Assembly (NCBI GenBank): GCA_963796965.1
Contig: CAWCNS010000005.1
Coordinates: 1,188,592-1,252,591, forward strand
Length of the DNA: 64,000 nt
Direction of reading: 5' to 3'
Source: Calditrichia bacterium
GTDB taxonomy: Bacteria; Calditrichota; Calditrichia; JAJRVZ01
The position numbers were made by a program, and so were the translations under genes. Positions 42,984 to 51,666 of this stretch are shown here, piece by piece. The notes beneath the pieces were generated by a model. It was not told where the DNA came from. It saw nothing but the letters and a program-made list of their open reading frames with translations, and did no database searches. The first letter of the stretch is position 1, and each line of letters begins with the position of its first letter.

Positions 42984-43730
42984 TTAATTCCCAATCTTCA
43001 GGAACGGCGGGGTGAAGATGATCACACCGATCTCAAACCGGGAACTTTTTGATCCGTCAAAAGCAGCGCCATAGGTAAAAGCAGGAATCACTGTATTATT
43101 AGGTTCCCAGCGAATGCCGACTTTATATTCCGGTTTGGAATACAGATCACCTGCGGTGCCGAATATTTCAGCGACAATCGCTGATTCCGGGATGATATTA
43201 TAAACCCCCAGCCGGGTCGAATAGGTAAATCCCCAGACGGCTTTTTTATCATCCCCATAATTAAAGTCGATCATTGCACCCGGCATGATATCCCAGGACA
43301 GCATATTGTCAAAAAAGGAAAGGGTGACCGGGACGGCAGTCCACATATTGGTGTGCCGGTCGACAAACTTCTCCTGATCATAGTAGCCGGGTGCCTTGCC
43401 AGATCCGAGAAAGACTGCACCGCCGCCGGTTTTGGCTTCATTCTCGTAGTACATATACTTCACATAGACTGAAGTCGTGAAGTTATGCGGAAGTTTGAGT
43501 TCTTTATTTTCCCAGAAGAACCAGCCCTGTATAAAGAATTCCCAGTTAGGGATAAGTGCAAATGAATTCGCAAAGGATGCATTTCTCTGACCTTCGGTAA
43601 GCACAAACGTTCCGGTGCCATGGGGCATAGCCAGGTAATTATCGCTGTTGAATTGCTGTGCCCTGCACGGCTTACTGAATCCAATCGCAATAACGACTAG
43701 AAACATCATAAAATTTAGAAACGTTCTCAT
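42984..43730 (-). CDS. Exported protein, probable outer-membrane beta-barrel
   Basis: Signal peptide ending CRA|QQFNSDNY; strand-like pattern. Confidence 0.65.
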   Translation of the reverse strand: MRTFLNFMMFLVVIAIGFSKPCRAQQFNSDNYLAMPHGTGTFVLTEGQRNASFANSFALIPNWEFFIQGWFFWENKELKLPHNFTTSVYVKYMYYENEAKTGGGAVFLGSGKAPGYYDQEKFVDRHTNMWTAVPVTLSFFDNMLSWDIMPGAMIDFNYGDDKKAVWGFTYSTRLGVYNIIPESAIVAEIFGTAGDLYSKPEYKVGIRWEPNNTVIPAFTYGAAFDGSKSSRFEIGVIIFTPPFLKIGN

Positions 43731-43797
43731 CTTGACCCCTCTTGTAGCCCACTGCCCTTTACCCTTTTGCCTTTTGCCTTTAACCTTCGGCCTCTAA

Positions 43798-44395
43798 TCA
43801 AAATTCAAATTTAACCATAAACTGAACTCTGCTTCCTTTTCCCAAAGCATCATTTGTAGTCTTCTGCGTACCCCACATTTATAGATTGCCCTGATTGTTT
43901 AGTACAGCATTTGCATGACTACCTACAAAAGCCATAATGTTTTCACCTGATCCTCTACCAAAAGATATGTTCCAAGTTAAGAAGTCTTCTTTCCCGATGT
44001 ATTGTCGTCCACCAAAAACCATAGATGCCTGTAATGCTGTGGCATCAGGTCCGATACCCCCACCATCCCATCGTAATTGAGCAGTTCGCCCACCATACAA
44101 TGCATCACCAGCAGCAAAGTGGTACAATATTTTGATCCCGTAGATCTTGCTTTGGAACTTGCTCAAGTCCTTTTGTTGTGCTATCCGGGGCAAATTTCGG
44201 TGAAAGATTTTGTTGAACTGCAACACTGTCCCCCTCAAGTTCTGCTAATCGCAATTCCAACTCATCCATTTTATTAAGTTTTTGCTTAAGAAGGTTGATT
44301 TCATTTTTTAATGAATCTATTTCCTGAGCGTGGACATTTGTTGCTAATAAGCATGCCATCACGAAGCAAAACAGATGTAATGGTTTATGTTTCAT
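43798..44395 (-). pseudogene. DcaP-like porin remnant with internal deletions
   Basis: Signal peptide plus coiled coil, then FAAGDALYGGRTAQLRWD...GRQYIG, then a terminal RVQFMVKFEF*. Colinear with, but far shorter than, 45960-47248. Confidence 0.7.
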
Positions 44396-44417
44396 TTGAT
44401 CTTCTATATTCATTTAA

Positions 44418-44546
44418 GGTAGTGTAAAAAATAACCACCCCGTGCTAATCTGACTCCGTCAGACTTTACGGCGCAGCAGGCTGGTACGGGATGGTTTCAT
44501 CTTTTAATCCTGTTTTTCATTTTTTCATAGAACTTTTGACACTACC
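44418..44546 (+). mobile_element. MITE, 129 bp, with 8-bp target-site duplication
   Basis: TIRs GGTAGTGTAAAAA / TTTTGACACTACC, flanked by TCATTTAA at 44410-44417 and 44547-44554. Confidence 0.88.
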
Positions 44547-44639
44547 TCATTTAATGTTATACTTTCTGGATATTTTAAGTTTTACTATTACATCTAATTT
44601 ATCTACTATAGATAACTTTTCAAATCAGATTTAAATATT

Positions 44640-45557
44640 CTACCATGGTAATGGAACAACAGGAGATATTGTAAAACGTATTTGATGTTGTGGACCAAAA
44701 GCATCCGGTGATGCCACATAATACCAATATTGCAGATTAAACTTTACAGGCATTTTACCTAAAATTATCACTTTAGTCGCACCAGTACCAATAGGTAGTG
44801 TTAATCTATTTCCTTTTTCCGCTTTGTGGTTATAGGAATATGTTGGCGAACTTTGAATCTGCCAGCCATTTCCTAAATGAACAACATAAAAATATTGCCC
44901 AGCAGTAATACTTGCAGATTCGCCTCCCGCAGCTGTAGCCCACATGTCGTCAGCAAGAATTGTAAAACTATTCGGATCTGCATCAAGGCTATTAACACTC
45001 CATGCGTGATTTACCATTATTCCAGCTGCACCCCATTTAAATATTTGAGCAACCATCAACTCTGGACCTAATAAGGTATAATTTGATTTTAAGGCATCAT
45101 TGGTTGCCGTACGAAAACTACCAAATACACCAATTATTCCAATTGTTTTTGATGGAAATGTTTTTCCTACCGCAACATCGGCGCTGATATTTCCCAGATT
45201 GAATCCCTGATTTTCAAATCCATTCGCCCCATATGTTGGTTGCGTAAAATAAAGGGGGATATTGGGTCTTACGAAAAGATTCACCGTCTTACTTAATGGT
45301 ACCGGAAGGATAGGTTGAAAACCCATGGTAAAGCTATTTTGGCTTCCCGCATCAGGCAAATCTCCCTGATAATTTATATAATCGAAATTGAAGTTCATAG
45401 TACCTAAGATAGTGTTTGGATTCGCTAATTCTGCCGCTATTTCTGATGCCGACTTTTCATCGCCCTTAGTTTGATCATCATCTTGAGCTGACACATTCAT
45501 ACTGAACATAATCATTAAAGAAAATGCTGCTAAGACTAATTTTGATAGATTTTTCAT
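44640..45557 (-). CDS. Outer-membrane channel-like protein (family often mis-annotated as 'neuromedin U')
   Basis: Signal peptide, ELANP, FQPILP, GNI.AD, LTLPIGTG and QYWYYV..PD.FGP motifs. Confidence 0.75.
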   Translation of the reverse strand: MKNLSKLVLAAFSLMIMFSMNVSAQDDDQTKGDEKSASEIAAELANPNTILGTMNFNFDYINYQGDLPDAGSQNSFTMGFQPILPVPLSKTVNLFVRPNIPLYFTQPTYGANGFENQGFNLGNISADVAVGKTFPSKTIGIIGVFGSFRTATNDALKSNYTLLGPELMVAQIFKWGAAGIMVNHAWSVNSLDADPNSFTILADDMWATAAGGESASITAGQYFYVVHLGNGWQIQSSPTYSYNHKAEKGNRLTLPIGTGATKVIILGKMPVKFNLQYWYYVASPDAFGPQHQIRFTISPVVPLPW

Positions 45558-45621
45558 TTTAATTTATCCTTTGAATCTTTTTTAATTATTTTTAAAACGA
45601 TTCTAATTAAACAATAATTTA

Positions 45622-45786
45622 TTATTTCCCAGCTAACAATTTTGCCGAAGTTCTCATAAAGCCTGGTGCATAATCTGTTCCCGATGTATTGGCAGCAACG
45701 CCAAACCCAATAGCACAGAAATCACGCTTTGGATCTACATAAATCCCTTGACCATTGCTTCCGTGCTTAAACATGGCACCATCTTC
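45622..45786 (-). pseudogene. C-terminal fragment of a serine hydrolase paralogous to 47269-48696
   Basis: Translates EDGAMFKHGSNGQGIYVDPKRDFCAIGFG...PGFMRTSAKLLAGK*. The rest of the gene is absent. Confidence 0.8.
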
Positions 45787-45959
45787 AGTTGTAACTTAGG
45801 GCGCTTTGGCTAAATGCTTAATGGCTGTGTCTCCATTACCTTTTGTAAAAGCCTTATCTGCTCTTTGAAATTGACGGAAGGCTCTTGACATGTCAACGTC
45901 TTAAAGGTTAATAATTGTTGGCCGAATATACGTTACAACTCTAAGTCAGGACGCTACAA

Positions 45960-47248
45960 TTAAAACAAATACTTCATCATAAATTGCAATCTTCTGCCAG
46001 TGCCTTGTGTGTCATTCACGTTTGTGCGCTTGACATCATAAATTCTATTCCCGTATTTATGTTCTTTATTGGAGACCAAATCAAATTCACATGACCCGCT
46101 TGGCCTGCTTTCATTTTATATCCTTCTTTATACTGTGAAGGATCAATAGAATAACCGTGATAGCTCAAATTAGCCACGAGTGTGTTTGACAGGCGGAATG
46201 CAAATCCACCGCCTAAATTCCATGCAGGCATTGTTTCTAAGGTGCCTTGTGGCGTAACAATGGCAGAACTTTGTGTGCCAACTGTAGCTACAATTTGGCT
46301 GCCCCAACCTTGGCCATAGCTGGCCATCCAACGGAAATAATGTTTTTTTTCTCCAAAATATTCACGTCCGCTAAAGCTAAAGCCCCAGCCGATTGCCGTT
46401 GTATTCGGCATAGCGCCCAAACCATCCCAACGGAGTTGAAATACCGAAGCACCTACCATCAATCGTCCACCCGCTTTCGTTTTCTTTGTGATTCTACCAG
46501 CCAAAAGAGGAAGTTGTTGGCTAGCTTGACCCAACAGTATCCCTCCATCTATGCCCGGAAACTCAAGCATTTCAAGAGCCAATAGCATACATAAACTTGC
46601 TTCCAAGCTTATCTTCCCAGCGCGCTTGCGCTCTTCGTGTTCCCGTCAATGCATCGCCTGTTGCGAAATCAAGTGTAGTTGGAACGGAAAACATATCTGA
46701 TTGCGTACCCCACGTTCTACCAACGAGCAGTCGACCCATTACCCCATAGGCATGACGCAATCTTGGCGCCTGATTAAAGGGCCCCCGATCAAGGTTGTAA
46801 AAGTCCAACTCAATAAATATCTGGTAGGGAGTCCCGGCATCTGAGATGCTTCTAATGTCAAAGTTGAAGCGCGTTTCACGGGCATGGATGTTCATATAGC
46901 CACTTTGATCGGGGCGGTCGTCTCCGGCTACGGGTACATTCTGTATTTCATATTGAAAGCGATCGTATCCGCCATCAAAATCCTGGATGTAATCCAATTT
47001 TACATAGCCACCGATAGCCATACGGGCTTTGGAGCCAAATAAGGGCCATGAGTTCGGGAAAGCAGCATCTACCAAATCTTGTCCCGTATAATTAATAATA
47101 TTATCTCTAAAATCGCTATTCTGATTGAATCATTTTTAGCCGTATTCAGGGTGTCTCCTGCTTGCCAAACTTGGCCAAGAGCGGGTACTACTGCGAAGGT
47201 GCCCAGCACTGCGAAAAAGAAGGTAATATTTTTCATTATCATTTTCAT
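45960..47248 (-). CDS. DcaP-family trimeric outer-membrane porin (frameshifted)
   Basis: IGGYVKLDYIQD, ETRFNFD, FIELDF, PRLRHAY, LVGRTW, NLIWSP and terminal RRLQFMMKYLF*. Frameshifts near 47080, 46580 and 46030. Confidence 0.8.
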
Positions 47249-47268
47249 TTTTTTATTGAGTTTTAGTT

Positions 47269-48696
47269 TTATTTACCGGCAAGCATTTTGGCCGCGTTGC
47301 GCAGGTAACCAGGCGAGTGATCGATCCCCGAGATTTCGTCAGGGTTGGGCGCGAGACCGAAGTACATGCCACAGAAATCACGGGCCGGGTCGACATAGAT
47401 ACCCTGTCCCATGTTCCCGTGCTTGAACATGGCGCCATCGCTGAAGACATGGTCCCACTGGGCCGAGTTGTAGGCAGGGACTTCGCCGAACCAGTCGGTG
47501 CCGTATTGCTCTTCGGTCGAGCCCTTGTAGGCCTCGGGATTGCCCATGGTCTGGATGCTTTTCAGCAGCCTGTCCGAGATGATCTGCTCATCCGACACGA
47601 CATTCCAACTGGGCGTGTAAATCATCGTGTAGCGCAACAGGTCCTCGGGCGTAGTGTTGTGCAAACCGGCGGCCAGAACGGTTCCATCCTGCGCGAGCCC
47701 GCTAACGAACGGGTTCTTCGCCCCGATCTTCGACCAGACCCGCTCGTTCCAAAGGTCCTGCCACCGCATTCCGGACACATATTGCGTCGCCAGCACCAGC
47801 GTCTGGGTATTCGCGCCGGAATAGCGGAATTTTTCGCCTGCGGATTCACCCGGCAATGGCTTGGCATTCTTGGACATCTCGCGGAAATCGCCCTTGTTCG
47901 GCTCGAAACCGGCCGTGAACCAGTTTGCGATCCACGATTTAGGGTTCAGTAGGTTCTCGATGGTTTCCTCAATATCGAGGCCGGAGGACATGTTCATCAC
48001 GTTCCTGACCGTCGCCTGCTCCCAGGCCGACCCTCTGATCTCGGGCACGTAGGTCGGGACCGGCTTATCCAGATCGATCTTGCCCTCATCAGCAAGCATC
48101 GCGACAAGCAGGCCAACCGTCGGTTTGGATGCCGACATCCAGATGTGGATATCGGTGGGATTCATGCCCGGATAGACCTCGAAAACGACTTTGCCCTTGT
48201 GGGCCATCATCATCGCCTGAACCTGACGCTTGCCGACCAGATATTCCTTCAGCGGCGGCGTGGGTGTGCCGTCAACAGCCGTATAGGTCAGATCCAGAAG
48301 AGACGGATCGATCGCCCGCTCAAGCTTGGAAAACTCCTTCGGCGGAGCGACGTAGGAGCAGTGGAAGAACTCGGGGATATTGAGGTTGTAGTAGATGGAA
48401 TCTTCGTTGCCCGACTGCCAGTTGGGAAAACTGTAGTTCTTGGTCGCCTTTGCGATGAATTCCGGGGACTGGGGCTTTTTCCACCTGGCCATCGGGCTGT
48501 CGACTTCAAGCGGCTCGAAACCCGATGCGCCAACTCGGACTGGCCCGCTCGTTTGTGCCGCGGCAGGCCGGATGGGCAGCCCGAGCCCGGCGGCACTCGC
48601 CGCCACTCCGACAGCAACTCCGCGCGCCATAAAGCTGCGCCGTGAAATACCCTTCGGAGCGTCGTAATCTTTGTCGTGTTTAGTGTTTTTTTTATC
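47269..48696 (-). CDS. Tat-exported beta-lactamase-related serine hydrolase (NylB-like)
   Basis: SASK, YSG and KHG motifs. In-frame upstream ...KGISRRSFMARG is a twin-arginine signal. The start codon appears to lack one base. High GC. Confidence 0.85.
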   Translation of the reverse strand, partial: DKKNTKHDKDYDAPKGISRRSFMARGVAVGVAASAAGLGLPIRPAAAQTSGPVRVGASGFEPLEVDSPMARWKKPQSPEFIAKATKNYSFPNWQSGNEDSIYYNLNIPEFFHCSYVAPPKEFSKLERAIDPSLLDLTYTAVDGTPTPPLKEYLVGKRQVQAMMMAHKGKVVFEVYPGMNPTDIHIWMSASKPTVGLLVAMLADEGKIDLDKPVPTYVPEIRGSAWEQATVRNVMNMSSGLDIEETIENLLNPKSWIANWFTAGFEPNKGDFREMSKNAKPLPGESAGEKFRYSGANTQTLVLATQYVSGMRWQDLWNERVWSKIGAKNPFVSGLAQDGTVLAAGLHNTTPEDLLRYTMIYTPSWNVVSDEQIISDRLLKSIQTMGNPEAYKGSTEEQYGTDWFGEVPAYNSAQWDHVFSDGAMFKHGNMGQGIYVDPARDFCGMYFGLAPNPDEISGIDHSPGYLRNAAKMLAGK

Positions 48697-48732
48697 GTTC
48701 TTTCCTTATAATTGCTAATATTTGTGTTTATA

Positions 48733-48863
48733 TATTTTGAGTATATTACTTATTTTTTTTATCATATTTCCCATTTCACTTTGTAAAACTTACAGAGTTA
48801 GAAACATTACAAACCAGTTACCTATTTAATAGTGTTTTTGTAGATTTTGCCATTCTTCATGAT
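48733..48863. repeat. Duplicated segment: amidohydrolase 3' end plus intergenic region (copy of about 51579-51709)
   Basis: Near-identical TTTTGAGTA.ATTACT...TTTGTAAAACTTACAGAGTT.GAAACATTAC.AACCAGTTACCTATTTAATAGTGTTTTTGTAGAT. The remnant encodes ETNFDLIMKNGKIYKNTIK*. Confidence 0.9.
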
Positions 48864-49006
48864 GAGGTCGAAGTTGGTCTCGGCATTCTAACTCAGCCGA
48901 AGCTTTTTCGCAATGGCGCGAACCATCGTTTCTTCTTTTCCATTACCATCGCCAGTGCTGAACCAGTTAATCACTAGATCTCGTGCTTATAATGACACGA
49001 CCACGT

Positions 49007-49067
49007 TTATAACGCCTTGGTTGCAGCGTCGGCGCGAAAGGCCGGCCGCTGCAACCAATTGTATGGC
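49007..49067 (-). other. Degenerate attC-like site
   Basis: Minus strand GCCATAC-AATTGGTTGCAGCG...CGCTGCAACCAA-GGC-GTTATAA lies just downstream of the class A gene. Confidence 0.5.
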
Positions 49068-49089
49068 ATGACAAAGGTTATTTGTCTTA

Positions 49090-50073
49090 TTACTTTAAAT
49101 AATAAAAGTCGTATAAAGCTCTGGCAACTTCCGCAATAGCCCGATCCCTGTCCGCAGAGGGCGTCTCACTACTGTTGGTGAACACGGCGATAGCAAATCG
49201 TCGACCGTCAGGGAGCGTGATATAGCCGACGTCGTTGGCAACTCCGCCTACGGTTCCGGTCTTGTGCGCTACGGGCGTTCCCTTCGGTAGCAATCCCTTG
49301 AGTCGGCCAGCGCCGGTGCGTGTACGCGACATGACGCCCAGCAGGAACTCGCGGCTTTCTGCGCTCATCGCCGTGCCACCGTCGATGGCAAGCAGGAGTT
49401 TCAGATACGCATTGGGCGTTGTGTGGTCGCGGGGATCCGCCTCGAAGTCCGGATTGGGATCAACCTGGGCCGCCACCAGTGCCGGGTTGTTGCTGATGGC
49501 CTCAGCGACAGCTTCTGGGGTGACCGATGGCACGCCGTAGAAATCCATGAGAATCTCGCGGACAGTCCGATCGACCCTGAAGTCGGTGATCCCGAGCCTG
49601 CGCAGGTTCTTGGTCACCGCCTCTGGTCCACCTACCAGCCCCAAACAGACGTCGGTCGCCGTGTTGTCACTCTCTGTGATCATCGGATATATCAAGTTCG
49701 CTAACGAGAACTGGACCCCGGGGTAAGGGAATCTCTCGGCAATCGCAACCATGCCGGCGACATACATGTCATGCGGGACGTCGACCATTTGGTCGAGACT
49801 GAGTTCTCCTTTGTCCACGAGATCCATCACTTTTGCGGCGATCGCAACCTTGTAGGTGCTGGCCATGGCGAAGGTCTCATCACCATTGAGCGCGATGACC
49901 TCGTCGCCGCCAATTTCCTGAGCAGCTACACCAATGCGGCCAACCAGGCCCTCCGTAAGTTTCTCAATCTTCTGAGAAACATCATTAACATTTTGTTCCT
50001 GAGCCAGTGCCGGTTGAACTGCAACAAATAACGAGATTATTGCAATAAAAAATAGTGCTGTGTTTTGTTTCAT
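49090..50073 (-). CDS. Class A beta-lactamase-like serine hydrolase
   Basis: STYK, SDN, DHTTP and HKTG motifs; extended omega loop without Glu166. Confidence 0.85.
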   Translation of the reverse strand: MKQNTALFFIAIISLFVAVQPALAQEQNVNDVSQKIEKLTEGLVGRIGVAAQEIGGDEVIALNGDETFAMASTYKVAIAAKVMDLVDKGELSLDQMVDVPHDMYVAGMVAIAERFPYPGVQFSLANLIYPMITESDNTATDVCLGLVGGPEAVTKNLRRLGITDFRVDRTVREILMDFYGVPSVTPEAVAEAISNNPALVAAQVDPNPDFEADPRDHTTPNAYLKLLLAIDGGTAMSAESREFLLGVMSRTRTGAGRLKGLLPKGTPVAHKTGTVGGVANDVGYITLPDGRRFAIAVFTNSSETPSADRDRAIAEVARALYDFYYLK

Positions 50074-50097
50074 CGTTCTTCTCCTTTAAATATTAAT
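49998..50097 (-). repeat. Shared RBS plus signal-peptide module, copy A
   Basis: Near-identical to 51467-51574 and 52950-53059. Confidence 0.92.
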
Positions 50098-51542
50098 TAA
50101 TCGTTTTTCTCGGTGGAGCGACGGAAGATCCGGTGCTGCATGCTTAGGAACGCCGGCTTTCCAGATTTGTCACGCAGCAACTCACCAACCGTTCCTTGAA
50201 AGGCACCATCTGTCATGATAACCATGTCTTTACCCGCGCTACTCATCGAAATCGGTGGAGGGTTCTTATAAATTTGGACTCCTCCTAGTGGTTTGTACAA
50301 GCGCTCAGCCATGAGCTGGTCGTTGTCAAAATAGATTTTGTAGTCTTCATTATCCCCTAACCAAAGACCTACGAAAGGTTCAAGGGAACTACGATCTGCA
50401 GTGATTGCAACCAAGGGTGTTCTCTCAATATCCAAATACTTTTTGAGAGCCAGTGCGATTACCGCATCGTACACTTCAATACCGCGGTCGCTGTTCGTAA
50501 GAACAACGATCCCAAATTTCTTGTCCGGTGCAAACAGCATCTTGGCGGTAGCCCCTGCCGACCGACCGGCATGAAAAACGGTTCGCACACCGCCGATATC
50601 CTCAACGAACCAAGTAACACCGCTGTTTTCACTCAGCTCGCCTTCGACCAAGGGACTGTGCGCCATGTCCAGCAACTTTGGAGACAACAGTTGACTGCCG
50701 TCCTTGTCCTTACCGTCAAACTGAAATTTCATATACTTCATCATATCACTAACATTACTGAGTATGCCTCCGGCCGGATAGACGCTGCGCGGAAAAGGCG
50801 CAAAGCTGACCTGAGGTTCGGACGTCCCGTCATATACTCCGGCATGGCCAACAGCAAAGCGTTCTGCCATTAGTTCCGCCATGAAGAAGGAGCTGTGTGT
50901 CATGCCCAGGGGCAGAAACAACTCGTCCTTAACTTTTTGTTCATAAGATTTTGCACGGCTTACGACTTGAATGAGGCGTCCTGCAATGATGAAGTTGTTA
51001 TTGTTGTAGGCCCAAACCTCGCCATAAGGTGTGCGTTGCGGTAGGAATCGAAAAGCCCGCACGGCCTTCTCCAAGGCATCTTCCCCCGAACTGGGATCCT
51101 CAAAGTAGTCGCCTTGCCAGCCAGTCCGGTGCTGGAAAAGGTCGATGACCTTCGCCTTTTCTGAAGCTTCTCTATCCAGGACTGAAAACTCCGGGAGATA
51201 CTTCCGAACCGGGGCTTTGAGATCGAGCTCTCCGCGTTCTGACATTTTAAGAACTACGGTGGTCGTAAAAGTCTTCGATATGGAGCCGATATAAAACACG
51301 GTGGCTTCAGTGACAGCCTGAGGATCGTCAACATTGGTAATGCCGAGGCCGGCCATTTGAACCTTGCCATCGTGCATGATCCCAATGGCTATACCTGGGA
51401 CTTTGATCTCGTCCATAAGTCGCTGAGCTTCGCTCTTAATTTCCTCAAACCGCGTGTCCATGTTTTCCTGAGCAAATGTCGGTTGAATTGCAAAAAATAA
51501 CGAGATTATTACAATAAATAATAGTGCTGTATTTTGTTTCAT
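50097..51542 (-). CDS. Beta-lactamase-related (class C-like) serine hydrolase, exported
   Basis: SISK, HRTG, YNN, PAGG and HAG motifs; signal peptide. Confidence 0.88.
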   Translation of the reverse strand: MKQNTALLFIVIISLFFAIQPTFAQENMDTRFEEIKSEAQRLMDEIKVPGIAIGIMHDGKVQMAGLGITNVDDPQAVTEATVFYIGSISKTFTTTVVLKMSERGELDLKAPVRKYLPEFSVLDREASEKAKVIDLFQHRTGWQGDYFEDPSSGEDALEKAVRAFRFLPQRTPYGEVWAYNNNNFIIAGRLIQVVSRAKSYEQKVKDELFLPLGMTHSSFFMAELMAERFAVGHAGVYDGTSEPQVSFAPFPRSVYPAGGILSNVSDMMKYMKFQFDGKDKDGSQLLSPKLLDMAHSPLVEGELSENSGVTWFVEDIGGVRTVFHAGRSAGATAKMLFAPDKKFGIVVLTNSDRGIEVYDAVIALALKKYLDIERTPLVAITADRSSLEPFVGLWLGDNEDYKIYFDNDQLMAERLYKPLGGVQIYKNPPPISMSSAGKDMVIMTDGAFQGTVGELLRDKSGKPAFLSMQHRIFRRSTEKND

Positions 51543-51574
51543 CGTTCTTCTCTTTAAATATTAATAATTGAGTT
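51467..51574 (-). repeat. Shared RBS plus signal-peptide module, copy B
   Basis: Near-identical to copies A and C. Confidence 0.92.
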
Positions 51575-51666
51575 CATCTATTTTGAGTACATTACTAGAT
51601 TTTTCATCATATTTCCCTTTTCCCTTTGTAAAACTTACAGAGTTCGAAACATTACGAACCAGTTAC

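Noticed and set aside
45887..45925. GGCCAAC...GTTGACA on the minus strand as a collapsed second attC
   Set aside because: It is too short and lacks paired inner arms, so it could be chance.
47317..48667. Long plus-strand ORFs opposite the serine hydrolase, and similar antisense ORFs elsewhere
   Set aside because: These are shadow ORFs of GC-rich coding sequence with no recognisable motifs.
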